From the NCBI GenBank assembly GCA_964526305.1, contig CAZGKV010000002.1, positions 9,599 through 73,598 of the forward strand: 64,000 bases of DNA, in the 5' to 3' direction. The stretch is from an uncultured Planctomycetales bacterium. Lineage in GTDB: Bacteria; Planctomycetota; MHYJ01; JACPRB01. The translations under genes and the position numbers were made by a program. Shown here piece by piece: positions 9,091 to 18,417 of this stretch. The notes under the pieces were generated by a model. That model worked only from the letters and a program-made list of their open reading frames with translations, searched no databases and was not told where the DNA came from. How positions within the stretch are numbered: the stretch's first letter is position 1; the number at the start of each line of letters is the position of its first letter.

Positions 9091-10692
9091 ATGAAACAGC
9101 TCCGCTTCTTCGCGCTCCTCTGGCTCGCTCCGCTCCTCGCCGCCCGCCAAGAACGCGACCCCGTCGTCGAGACGGTGGTCCGGGAGGGACGCGAGAACCC
9201 CAAGGTGATGGAGCACCTGGATCACCTCGTGAACAAGATCGGACCGCGCCTGACCGGTTCCGACAGTCTCACGAAGGCCTGCGAATGGACGCGGGACCAA
9301 TTCAAGAGTTTCGGGATCGAGAACGCCCGGCTCGAGGAGTGGGGGACGTTTCCCGTCGCGTTCAACCGGGGTCCGTGGTCCGGGGAGATGACGGCGCCGG
9401 AGAAGAAGAAGCTGACGTGCGGCACGATGGCCTGGACTCCCGGGACCGACGGGCCGGTCGAAGGCCCGGCCATGCTGGCTCCCGCAGGGTCGGAAGACCT
9501 CAAGGCGGAGTACAAGGGAGCGTGGATCGTGTCCCCGCCCCGACTTTCCGATGCGGTAACCAAGGCGCTGGACGAGGCCGGGGTCGCGGGCTACGTGCGG
9601 GGTTCTCGGAACGAGCTCCTGGTCACCGATGGGAATCATCGAATTCGTTGGGAGAATCTGCCGAAGCGGGTGAACGTGCAGGTGGTCTCGTCCGAGTTCA
9701 AAGATTTGGTCGCGCGACTGGAGAAGGGAGAGTCGGTTCGGCTCCGGTTCGACATCAAGAACGAGTTCAAGCAGGGACCGGTGAAACTGTTCAACGTCAT
9801 CGCCGACATCCCCGGCACGGAGAAGCCGGAGGAGATGGTCATCGTCGGCGGACACATCGATTCCTGGGACGGCGCGACCGGGACGAACGACAACGGCACC
9901 GGCGTGTCGACGACGCTTGAGGCCGCTCGTCTGCTCATGAAGGCGGGAGCGAAGCCGAAAAGGACGATTCGCTTCATGCTTTGGAGCGGGGAGGAGCAGG
10001 GACTCTTGGGATCGGCCGGCTGGATCCAGAAGCACCGGGACGATCTCAAGAACATCTCTTGTGTTCTCGTCCACGACGGCGGCACCAATTACGTGTCCGG
10101 TATCGTCGCGACGAACAAGATGGTGCCGATGTTCGAGAAGGCATTCGCCCCCGCACGGGAGCTGGACGGCGCGATGAAGTTCAAGATCCGAGAGGTCCAG
10201 AGACTTCCCTACGGGATCGGGAGCGATCACGACTCGTTCCTCGGCGCGGGCGTCCCGGGATTCTTCTGGGCGCAGTCGGGCCGGTCGAACTATGTCCACG
10301 TCCATCACACGCAGCACGACACCTACGACTCCGCGATTCCCGAGTACCAGAAGCACTCGGCGGTGGTGATCGCGTTGGGGGCCTGGGGACTCGCCAATGC
10401 GGAGGGCCTGGTGCCTCGCGACGGCCTTCCGACCGGGGGAGGCGGCGGGCACGGCCGAATGCTCGGCGTGAATCTCGACGAGGACGGCGTCACGGTTACC
10501 GGTCTGATGGAGGGGTACCCCGCGGAGAAAGCGGGCATCAAGGTCGGGGACAAGATCGTGAAGGTCGGCGACCGGACAGTCGCCAGCCGTGAGGATCTCA
10601 TCAACGCGATTCGCAAAGCGCCGAAGAAAACGAAGGTCGTCGTTCTGCGAGGGGGGAAGGAGATCTCGGTGGCCGTGGAGTTTACCGAGTAG
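9091..10692 (+). CDS. M28 family Zn aminopeptidase with PA and C-terminal PDZ domain, secreted
   Basis: Signal peptide MKQLRFFALLWLAPLLAA. M28 motifs (VGGHIDSWDGATGTNDNGTGV, WSGEEQGLLGS, GSDHDSF). C-terminal PDZ (GVNLDEDGVTVTGLMEGYPAEKAGIKVGDKIVKVGD). Confidence 0.85.
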   Translation: MKQLRFFALLWLAPLLAARQERDPVVETVVREGRENPKVMEHLDHLVNKIGPRLTGSDSLTKACEWTRDQFKSFGIENARLEEWGTFPVAFNRGPWSGEMTAPEKKKLTCGTMAWTPGTDGPVEGPAMLAPAGSEDLKAEYKGAWIVSPPRLSDAVTKALDEAGVAGYVRGSRNELLVTDGNHRIRWENLPKRVNVQVVSSEFKDLVARLEKGESVRLRFDIKNEFKQGPVKLFNVIADIPGTEKPEEMVIVGGHIDSWDGATGTNDNGTGVSTTLEAARLLMKAGAKPKRTIRFMLWSGEEQGLLGSAGWIQKHRDDLKNISCVLVHDGGTNYVSGIVATNKMVPMFEKAFAPARELDGAMKFKIREVQRLPYGIGSDHDSFLGAGVPGFFWAQSGRSNYVHVHHTQHDTYDSAIPEYQKHSAVVIALGAWGLANAEGLVPRDGLPTGGGGGHGRMLGVNLDEDGVTVTGLMEGYPAEKAGIKVGDKIVKVGDRTVASREDLINAIRKAPKKTKVVVLRGGKEISVAVEFTE

Positions 10693-11524
10693 GGAGGAGA
10701 CGCTCGGCGTTGGCGTGGCCAATCTTCGCCGCCGTCTCCGCCTTGAGCTGTCCGAGGACCGAGCGGTAGTACTTGACCACGTCGGGTAGGAGGGGGACGC
10801 GGTCCGCATTCTGCCCGCCGACGTCGCTGCCGAAAAGGAAGCGGTCCGGGAATTCCTCGAAGAGTTCCTTCCACTCGGGCTTGAGCGTCCCTCCGTTCTC
10901 CGTGATCGATTGCTCCGACATCGGATGGCCCCGCTTGAAATAGGGGTTGCGGCAGGACAAGTCCGCGTAGAGGTTTCCGTGCTTCCTCATCAGGGTGCGG
11001 AGGGTCGGCGGCGAGGCATCGCCCGCGTGCGCCCAAATCACCTTGGCGTCCTTGTTGTGACCGAGCGCTCGATCCAATTCCGCCGAATACGACTTCTCGA
11101 CGTGGAGGTTCACGGGCGCTCCGTACTTGGCCGCGACGTCCAAGATCTTGAGCAGGATGGGGTGGTCGGCCGGGTAGTTCACCGCGGCGCGCTTGTGGCG
11201 GAGCGGGATTTCGCCCACGCCCCGCGCCGCACCCGACTTGAGTTGCTCTTCCACATGCGCGACGGAGGTCTCGTCCAGGATCATCTTCTTGGTGTCGGGT
11301 TCGAATCGAAGGGGCGTGAATCGCACGGCGAACTTCGGATCCAACTTGAGATTCGGCTGACCGGCCATCAGACAGACGCGAGTGATTCCCGCCTCTTTCG
11401 CCTGATCCAGGAGCTTGGGATCGAAGGGACGGGCCGTATGGAGATGGACGTCATAGAGCTCGCCCTCGTAGGGATTCTGGACCATCCAGCCGGCCACGAG
11501 GAGGAGTGCGGAGATCATTCCCAT
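10682..11524 (-). CDS. amidohydrolase-2 (TIM-barrel metal-dependent hydrolase) family protein
   Basis: N-terminal TM/signal segment, then YDVHLHT metal-binding motif and later H/D residues typical of PF04909-like amidohydrolases. Confidence 0.7.
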   Translation of the reverse strand: MGMISALLLVAGWMVQNPYEGELYDVHLHTARPFDPKLLDQAKEAGITRVCLMAGQPNLKLDPKFAVRFTPLRFEPDTKKMILDETSVAHVEEQLKSGAARGVGEIPLRHKRAAVNYPADHPILLKILDVAAKYGAPVNLHVEKSYSAELDRALGHNKDAKVIWAHAGDASPPTLRTLMRKHGNLYADLSCRNPYFKRGHPMSEQSITENGGTLKPEWKELFEEFPDRFLFGSDVGGQNADRVPLLPDVVKYYRSVLGQLKAETAAKIGHANAERLLPTR

Positions 11525-12263
11525 CTATGATACCTCTCGATTCAAACGGGACACAGGTAGGAAAAAGAAGAACCACGGGACGGTTTGGGGAAACTTGGAG
11601 TATACGCCTCACGTCGCTTCCGTTCCATCCGGTCGGTTTTCGAAGCTGGGGAGGAAATCTCATGGGGCGGGGGGATCTTGGTATTACGATGCAGACAAGG
11701 CCCGCGGCTCCCGCCGGGCCGGAAGCGTCGAGGACAAGAGAAACAGCACGTTTGGCATTCGTGTGGCGCTTCAGGCCTCCCTGGGAGTGAGAGTACCCCA
11801 TCCCTCTTTTCCCGCTGCTTCGACGGGGGGCGCTCGAGGTGCATTTTATATGTGTTACGGAGTGCGCCCTCCCTCGTCCTACTGTGGGATCAAAGGAGGA
11901 CGCAACATGGTACGACGAACAAGCGTAAGGTCCGGACTGATTTCCGCCGATCGGTCAAGGATCCAAGTGGAGCGCCCGAGGGGGAGTATTGCCTAACTCG
12001 GGGTGGTTCTTGGTACCCGGACGCAGATAAGACCCGTCTCCTTCGGAGGGGCTCCGAAGAATCCTGACGCGGCGCGACCCCAACCGATTCTCCTGCGGAA
12101 GACCCATCGAGCGAAAACTCTAAAGAGGTGATTGTGTGGGCTGCAGGAGGAGGATATGTCTTTCCTTCCACACCTTGCGCCGTTCGAGGTCGATTTTCTG
12201 AGTGTTTCGGAAGGAGCGTGCGGAAGCTTGATGCCCGAGGCTCGATGCCGCTACTCTCTTCCC

Positions 12264-13532
12264 ATGCCTTCCGTCGTCCTCCTGAACGTCGTCGGCCTCA
12301 CGCCTCGCCTCGTTCCGCACGCGCCCTCCATCGCGTCGGTGGGCCGAATCATGCCGATGCGAGGACCCCTGCCGGCCGTGACCAGCACGGCCCAGGCGAC
12401 GATGCTCACGGGGACGCCGCCATCGCGACATGGCATCGTCGGGAACGGATGGCTCTTCCGAGACACCATGGAGGTCCGATTCTGGCCGCAGTCGAACCGA
12501 CTGATCCAGACGGAGACTCTGTACGCTCCTCGACGATTCACCTGCGCGAAGATGTTTTGGTGGTTCAACCAGGGGGCACCGGTGGATTGGTTCGCGACCC
12601 CGAAGCCGCACTACGGCGCGGACGGCTCGAAGGTGTTCGCGATCGTGGACGGCACCGGGTGCGATCTGGAACGCGCGCTGGGGCCGTTTCCCTTCCCGGC
12701 CTTCTGGGGACCCGCCGCCGGACTCGCCTCCAGTGACTGGATCGCCCGCGCCTCCGCGATCGTGATCGAGAAGAATCGCCCTCAACTGACGCTCGTGTAT
12801 CTGCCGCATCTCGATTACGACTATCAGCGGTGCGGCCCGGGCGATCTGGAACGCGTCCGAGAAGTCGATGCCTGCGCGAAGCTCGTGATCGACGCCGCCC
12901 GATCCATCGGCGCGAAGGTCGTGGCGGTCTCGGAGTACGGATTGGTTCCGGTGAAGCGCGCGGCGTACTTGAACCGCGAGCTTCGGCGTGCCGGCTGGCT
13001 TGCGGTTCGGGATGGCCCGTTCGGCGAGCAGCTCGACACGTTTGCGTCGAAAGCCTTCGCTGTCGTCGATCACCAGGCGGCGCATCTCTACGTTCGCGAT
13101 CTGCCGCTCGAGGCGGTCTGCGACCGCCTGGCGCCGCTGGCGGATCGGATCGTCGCTCCCGGCGAGGTCGGGCTCGACCACCCGCGCTCGGGCGATCTCA
13201 TCGCCCTAGCCCGACCGGACGAGTGGTTCGCCTATCCGTATTGGCTCGAGGATTCGCGCGCTCCGGACTTCGCGCGGACGGTCGACATCCACCGAAAGCC
13301 GGGCTACGACCCCTGCGAGCTCTTCCTGACCTCAAAGTTTCGCGCGGCGCGGAAGCTGGCCCGGAAGAAGCTTGGATTCCGCTATCTCATGGACGTGATT
13401 CCGCTCGACGCCGGGATCGTGCGAGGCAGCCACGGCCTGATGACGGATCCCGCCGACGGTGCGGTGTGCGTCGCGGAAACGCCGGTCCCGGACATGCTGG
13501 ACGTCCGGAAGTTGGTGTTGGGGTTGCTGTGA
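12264..13532 (+). CDS. alkaline-phosphatase superfamily protein (type I phosphodiesterase/nucleotide pyrophosphatase-like)
   Basis: VVLLNVVGLTP...SVGRIMPMRGPLPAVTSTAQATMLTGTPPSRHGIVGN (metal-ligand Thr/Asp region) and later HLDYDYQRCGP, VVAVSEYGL: typical AP/NPP core motifs. Start at ATG 12264 chosen over the track's upstream ATGs (12132/12231), which add a non-conserved leader. Confidence 0.8.
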   Translation: MPSVVLLNVVGLTPRLVPHAPSIASVGRIMPMRGPLPAVTSTAQATMLTGTPPSRHGIVGNGWLFRDTMEVRFWPQSNRLIQTETLYAPRRFTCAKMFWWFNQGAPVDWFATPKPHYGADGSKVFAIVDGTGCDLERALGPFPFPAFWGPAAGLASSDWIARASAIVIEKNRPQLTLVYLPHLDYDYQRCGPGDLERVREVDACAKLVIDAARSIGAKVVAVSEYGLVPVKRAAYLNRELRRAGWLAVRDGPFGEQLDTFASKAFAVVDHQAAHLYVRDLPLEAVCDRLAPLADRIVAPGEVGLDHPRSGDLIALARPDEWFAYPYWLEDSRAPDFARTVDIHRKPGYDPCELFLTSKFRAARKLARKKLGFRYLMDVIPLDAGIVRGSHGLMTDPADGAVCVAETPVPDMLDVRKLVLGLL

Positions 13533-13608
13533 ACCATGCTCGGCGCGGTAGAGATGTAGCGATTTGCGGCTTCGAAATCCACCGCAAAGGCGCGAGGGCG
13601 CAGAGAGA

Positions 13609-13995
13609 TCATCGGTTGTTCACGAGTCTGCGAATCCCCTGTCGCAGCACCGGTACGTTGAAGTTGAGGATCAAGCCCAGAGGATTCCCCGTCATCCTCA
13701 AGTCGGTCAGCAATGGAGCCTCATGCACCGGTACGACTCTCTCGATGGCTTTCACCTCGACTATCACGGTTTCTTCCACGAGCACGTCCACACGATATCC
13801 GCAAGCGAGTCTCACTCCCTTGTACTCGACCGGAATCTCCAGTTGACGTCGGAAACGCAGATCCCTGAGACTGAGTTCGCGGCACAAACATTCCTCGTAC
13901 GCGGACTCCAGCAGACCCGGCCCAAGCGCGCGGTGCACCTCGATCGCGGCACCGATCACCTCATTGCTGATCCTGTTGATCTCCGACACCTCCAT
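13609..13995 (-). CDS. GxxExxY family protein (PD-(D/E)XK-like)
   Basis: [31 protein letters not shown] matches the GxxExxY signature. 128 aa, typical size. Confidence 0.85.
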   Translation of the reverse strand: MEVSEINRISNEVIGAAIEVHRALGPGLLESAYEECLCRELSLRDLRFRRQLEIPVEYKGVRLACGYRVDVLVEETVIVEVKAIERVVPVHEAPLLTDLRMTGNPLGLILNFNVPVLRQGIRRLVNNR

Positions 13996-14115
13996 CCATC
14001 CTCATCGTGCCTTCAGCCATCCTCTTGTCGACGCCGAAAACGACATGGAAATCTCGGCGTCTCAGCGTTTTGAAAAAGCGCAACTTGTCCCCGCAGCGAG
14101 TATACTTGGGCCGAT

Positions 14116-14916
14116 ATGGCGTTTCTGCTCCTCATCATCCTTGCGCCTCAGGACTACGAGAAGAAGGCCCTCGAGAGAATCAACACCCATCGACGCCTCG
14201 CGGGTCTGGATCCGGTCACCCTGGATTCCGCGCTCTCGAAGGGGTGTTCGGCGCACGCGGCATACCTGGTGAGGAACGAGGGGCATCCCTCCACCGACGG
14301 CCTCGGCGCGCACGACGAGAATCCAAAGCTTCCCGGCTACTCTCCGGAAGGAAAGAAGGCGGCCGGCGCCTCCGACATCGGTTATCAGGATCCGGTGACC
14401 TCGGTCGATGCCTGGATGTCCGGCCTCTTCCATCGAGTTCCGATTTTGGATCCGCTACTCAAGAAGGTGGGTGTCGGCTATGCGAAGGGGGGAAAGTGGG
14501 GTTGGGTCTCGGTCTTGGACGTGGTCAGCGGTCGAGGGCCCGGGAAGCCGAGAGACCCCGTCCTCTATCCGGCGCCCAAGCAGAAGGACGTTCCCTTGAC
14601 CTTGGGAAACGAACTTCCGTCGCCGGTGCCGGACGATTCCGACAAGCGCGCCGGGTATCCGGTCACCATCACGTTCAGAGAGGAAGTGATGGTGAAGGGC
14701 GTGATCGCCACGATGCAGGACGAGACGGGGAAGGGATTGGATGTGTGGCTCTCCACTCCCGAGCACCCGGCAGACTCGCGCTATCAACGAAACACGATCT
14801 GTCTCATCGCGAAGGATCCCTTGCGCGCCCGGACGACCTATACGATTACCGCGCAGGGAAACGTCGCCGGCAAGCGATGGACGAAGACATGGACCTTTAC
14901 CACGGGCGGGCGGTAG
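14116..14916 (+). CDS. CAP (SCP/PR-1-like, YkwD-type) domain protein
   Basis: ALERINTHRRLAGLDPVTLDSALSKGCSAHAAYL...DAWMSGLFHRVPILDPLLKKVGVGYA: CAP domain hallmark residues. N-terminal hydrophobic segment. Confidence 0.75.
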   Translation: MAFLLLIILAPQDYEKKALERINTHRRLAGLDPVTLDSALSKGCSAHAAYLVRNEGHPSTDGLGAHDENPKLPGYSPEGKKAAGASDIGYQDPVTSVDAWMSGLFHRVPILDPLLKKVGVGYAKGGKWGWVSVLDVVSGRGPGKPRDPVLYPAPKQKDVPLTLGNELPSPVPDDSDKRAGYPVTITFREEVMVKGVIATMQDETGKGLDVWLSTPEHPADSRYQRNTICLIAKDPLRARTTYTITAQGNVAGKRWTKTWTFTTGGR

Positions 14917-14954
14917 GGATTCCTCTTCGATTTGGGGCGTGATACGATACCGGC

Positions 14955-15218
14955 ATGACGATCGAGAGTCGCCGAGCGGAGTGCTTGCGGCGGAAGGACA
15001 CCTTGGCCGACCTCATGGAGGAGGTCCGGCCTTATGTCGGGATGTCGCCGGAACGCAGGGACGAGCTGATCCAGCAGATCTCTCGGTGGGTCCTCCAGTT
15101 GTTTCTCGATCTCGGCAGCCGGCCTTGTTTGGCCACGCCGGACGCGCTGCCCGAATCCAGTCGGCGGATCTGGAGCCGACTGATGGAAGAACACCGGCGT
15201 GCCGGAAGCTCCCATTGA
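14955..15218 (+). CDS. small hypothetical protein (87 aa), candidate partner/antitoxin of the downstream nucleotidyltransferase
   Basis: ORF with 20-nt overlap into the next gene. No family recognised. Confidence 0.45.
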   Translation: MTIESRRAECLRRKDTLADLMEEVRPYVGMSPERRDELIQQISRWVLQLFLDLGSRPCLATPDALPESSRRIWSRLMEEHRRAGSSH

Positions 15219-15768
15219 TCTCGCCACGTTGGCCAGGCGCCTGGCCGACGCGCTGGAAGCGGCGGGAGTTCCCTATGCCATAGGCGGTGCGTTGGCCTAT
15301 GGACAGTGGGCGGTTCCCCGCGCCACGGCCGACGTCGACATTACGCTCTTTCTCGACGAACCGGAGTGGCCGAAGGCACTGGATCTTCTCCAGCGGGAGG
15401 GAGTGGAGGGGGACGGTCGGGTCGCCCTCACGGAGCTTCAGGACCGCGGTTCATGCAGATTGAAGGGGGGGGCGTTCTATGTCGATCTGTTCGTCCCGTC
15501 CATTCCCTTCTATTCCGCCGCAAGGAGTCGAATCGTCTTGCGTCCTCTCGTAGGTCGCCCCGCCGGCTTTCTCACCGCGGAAGATCTTTCCGTATTCAAG
15601 ATGCTCTTCTTTCGCCCGAAGGACTTGGTCGACATCCGATACATGCTCGCGGTGCAGGGGGGGGCATTCGATCGATTCTACGTGCGGCATTGGTTGGCCG
15701 AGATGGTCGGCGAGTCCGACGAGCGTGTCCTCCGTTGGGACGAACTATGCCGCGAGGTGCCTGCCTGA
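15199..15768 (+). CDS. Pol-beta superfamily nucleotidyltransferase (AbiEii/MenT/DUF1814-like)
   Basis: hG[GS]x9-13Dh[DE] NTase motif: YAIGGALAYGQWAVPRATADVDITLF. 189 aa. Overlaps the upstream small ORF and overlaps the hemE start by 22 nt. Confidence 0.6.
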   Translation: MPEAPIDLATLARRLADALEAAGVPYAIGGALAYGQWAVPRATADVDITLFLDEPEWPKALDLLQREGVEGDGRVALTELQDRGSCRLKGGAFYVDLFVPSIPFYSAARSRIVLRPLVGRPAGFLTAEDLSVFKMLFFRPKDLVDIRYMLAVQGGAFDRFYVRHWLAEMVGESDERVLRWDELCREVPA

Positions 15769-16787
15769 GCCCAGACGAATCGCGTCTGCTTCGCGCCGCT
15801 CGACGATTGCCGGTGGACCGAACCCCCGTCTGGTTCATGCGCCAGGCGGGCCGTTTCCTGCCGGAGTACCGCGACCTCCGCAAGCGCTACTCGATGCTCG
15901 AACTTTGTACGAACGCGGATCTTGCGGCGCAGGTCACGATGCTTCCGATCCGTCTTCTGCCGGGTCTCGATGCCGCCATCGTCTTCTCGGATCTCCTGCT
16001 GCCGCTTCAGCCGATGGGGCTCGAGATCCGGTTCGCTGCGTCCGAGGGGCCGCAGGTCCTGAATCCGATCGCCCACGAGTCCGATGTCGAGCGCCTGCGT
16101 CCCCTGGAACCCGAGCAGGATCTTCGCCCGGTTCTCGACGCCATTCGGATTCTTCGCCGCGAACTCCAGGTTCCGCTCATCGGTTTCGCGGGCGCGCCGT
16201 TCACCCTCGCGAGTTACGCCATCGAGGGCGGCTCGTCCCGCCATTACCTCAAGACGAAGGGCTTGATGACGAGCCATTCTCCCGTGTGGTCGAGACTCAT
16301 GACCAAGCTGGCGGAGGCTGCGCTTCGCCATCTTCGCGCGCAAATCGAGGCCGGGGCGCAGATGGTCCAGCTCTTCGACAGCTGGGTGGGGGCCTTGGGG
16401 CCCCGCGACTACGAGGAGTTCGTCCTTCCGTATTCGCGAATCGTCTTCGAAGGCCTTCGAGACACCGGTGCTCCCACCATTCACTTCGGGACCGGGACGG
16501 CCTCGCTTCTCGAACTCATGAAGCGGGCCGGTGGGGACGTGATCGGACTGGACTGGCGCGTGAATCTGGCCGAGGCATGGCTGCGCCTTGGAGAGGTCGC
16601 CGTGATGGGGAACCTCGACCCCGCGATGCTTCTGGCTCCCCGGGAGGCGCTCGTGAGTCGGGTGGATTCGATCTTGGATTCGGCGGGGAGGAGGGCCGGA
16701 CACATATTCAACCTGGGGCATGGCGTGCTCCCCGAGACGCCGGTGGAGAATCTCCTGGCCGTCCTTGAGCGGGTCCACTCGCGATGA
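15747..16787 (+). CDS. hemE: uroporphyrinogen decarboxylase
   Basis: DRTPVWFMRQAGRFLPEY signature. Full-length similarity pattern. Start at ATG 15747 rather than the track's 15306 extension, which reads through the previous gene. Confidence 0.9.
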   Translation: MPRGACLSPDESRLLRAARRLPVDRTPVWFMRQAGRFLPEYRDLRKRYSMLELCTNADLAAQVTMLPIRLLPGLDAAIVFSDLLLPLQPMGLEIRFAASEGPQVLNPIAHESDVERLRPLEPEQDLRPVLDAIRILRRELQVPLIGFAGAPFTLASYAIEGGSSRHYLKTKGLMTSHSPVWSRLMTKLAEAALRHLRAQIEAGAQMVQLFDSWVGALGPRDYEEFVLPYSRIVFEGLRDTGAPTIHFGTGTASLLELMKRAGGDVIGLDWRVNLAEAWLRLGEVAVMGNLDPAMLLAPREALVSRVDSILDSAGRRAGHIFNLGHGVLPETPVENLLAVLERVHSR

Positions 16788-17617
16788 AGACGGCGGTTCT
16801 TCTGATGGCGCATGGATCCCCGGACTCCCCGGACCAGATGGAGGAGTACCTCCGGCGGGTGATGGCCCCCCGCGTTCCGAAGCCGGAGTTCGTGGGGGAG
16901 ATGGCGGAGAGATACCGGAAGATCGGCGGCCGGTCACCCCTCCTGGAGATCACTCGCGCCCAGGCTCATGCGCTGGCATCGAGGATCGGCCTGCCGGTCT
17001 ACGTGGGGATGAGGCATTGGCATCCCCTCATCCGGGAGGCGGTGGAGGAAGTTCGGCGCGATGGGGCACGCAAGATCGTCGGACTCGCGCTCGCCCCCCA
17101 GTACTGCCCGGTCAGCGTCGGGGCGTATCACCGCGCCCTCATCGATTCGCGGGAGGATTTGGAGGTGGTGCTTGTCGGCAGTTGGGCGACCGAGCCCGGC
17201 CTCCTCGACTGCTGGGCAGCTCGGTTGCGACCGGGGGCGAACGTCCTGTTCACCGCGCACAGCGTCCCGGTCGATCAGGCGGGTCCATACCCCCAGGAGG
17301 TCCGGGAGACGATTCGCGGGATCCTGGACCGAGTCGAGGTGCGAGCCCATTTCGCCTGGCAGAGCCGGAGTCCCTCTCCGAATCCGTGGTTGGGACCGGA
17401 GATCCAGGAGATTCTCCCCTCCTTGAAGGGGCAAGAGGTGACGGTCGCCCCGATCGGTTTTGTCGCCGAACATGTGGAGACGCTCTACGACCTGGACATT
17501 CTGCACCGGGCGCAGGCGGAGCGGCTCGGGATTCGCTGGAAGCGGGTAGCGATGCCGAACGCCGATCCGATGCTGATCGAGGCGATGGCCTCGGCCTTGA
17601 AGTTTCATCTGAGCTGA
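16784..17617 (+). CDS. hemH: ferrochelatase
   Basis: ATGA overlap with hemE. MAHGSPDSPDQMEEYL, RHWHP, FTAHSVP, GFVAEHVETLYDLDI: ferrochelatase motifs. Confidence 0.9.
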   Translation: MKTAVLLMAHGSPDSPDQMEEYLRRVMAPRVPKPEFVGEMAERYRKIGGRSPLLEITRAQAHALASRIGLPVYVGMRHWHPLIREAVEEVRRDGARKIVGLALAPQYCPVSVGAYHRALIDSREDLEVVLVGSWATEPGLLDCWAARLRPGANVLFTAHSVPVDQAGPYPQEVRETIRGILDRVEVRAHFAWQSRSPSPNPWLGPEIQEILPSLKGQEVTVAPIGFVAEHVETLYDLDILHRAQAERLGIRWKRVAMPNADPMLIEAMASALKFHLS

Positions 17618-17721
17618 ACGACCCTCCATGGGCCTATTGACTCGCTCCGGTTCCGGCCGATATCATTGAAGGCGCTTTTTGCCATGCCCAAGACAACGAT
17701 GATAACAGAAACGAGAATAAG

Positions 17722-18414
17722 ATGCAGCTCTCCGTACGCGAAACGGCTCGTCTACTGAAGGTATCCGAAACTACCGTATATAGATGGATTCGCAAGGGGT
17801 CGATCCCGGCCAGCCAAATCAACGACCAAGTTCGGCTCAGCAGGGCTGAGCTGCTCGAATGGGCGTCCTCGCACAATATCCCCGTCTCCCCCGAGATGTT
17901 CCAGGAACCGGAAGGCGCTGACGGCCAAGTCAGTGGCTTGTTCCAGGCGCTGAAGGCGGGGGGAATCCTCTACGGAATCAAGGGAGCGGACAAACCCGCT
18001 GTCCTTCATGGGGTTGTCGCGGCCATCCCGTTTCCCGAGGATATGGACCGCCAGTTCCTTTGCCAAATTTTATTGGCACGGGAGGCACTGGGATCGACCG
18101 CCATCGGGAACGGAATCGCGATCCCACACGTCCGTCATCCGATCGTGATGCAACTGACGGAGCCGATGATTACCCTCTGCTTCCTGCAGCGGGCCATAGA
18201 TTTCGGTGCTCCGGACGGGAAGCCCGTGGACAAGCTATTCATGCTTTTCAGCCCGACGGTCAAACTGCATCTTCAACTTCTGTCCAAGCTCATTTTCCTA
18301 CTTCGAAGTCCGGAGTTCTGGGGCGCCTTGGTGCGAGCGGCGCCGGCTGAGGAGCTCCTATCCATCGTCCAGAGGACGGAGGGCTCGGTCCCGCGCACCG
18401 GCAAGGCCTCCTAG
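17722..18414 (+). CDS. fusion regulator: N-terminal MerR/excisionase-type HTH + C-terminal PTS EIIA(Ntr)/PtsN-like domain
   Basis: HTH: LSVRETARLLKVSETTVYRWIRKGSIPAS. EIIA type-2 domain with the phosphorylatable His context GNGIAIPHVRH. Stop 18414 lies 4 nt before the next gene. Confidence 0.8.
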   Translation: MQLSVRETARLLKVSETTVYRWIRKGSIPASQINDQVRLSRAELLEWASSHNIPVSPEMFQEPEGADGQVSGLFQALKAGGILYGIKGADKPAVLHGVVAAIPFPEDMDRQFLCQILLAREALGSTAIGNGIAIPHVRHPIVMQLTEPMITLCFLQRAIDFGAPDGKPVDKLFMLFSPTVKLHLQLLSKLIFLLRSPEFWGALVRAAPAEELLSIVQRTEGSVPRTGKAS

Positions 18415-18417
18415 GCC

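Noticed and set aside
15306-15746. 493-aa version of hemE starting at 15306
   Set aside because: The extension is an off-frame read through the NTase gene. The HemE conserved N-terminus starts at ATG 15747.
17650-17721. Putative sigma-70 promoter TTGACT-N17-ATATCA upstream of the HTH-EIIA gene
   Set aside because: Plausible but unverifiable by eye in a high-GC genome whose promoter consensus may differ. It is mentioned in the summary context only and not annotated as a feature.
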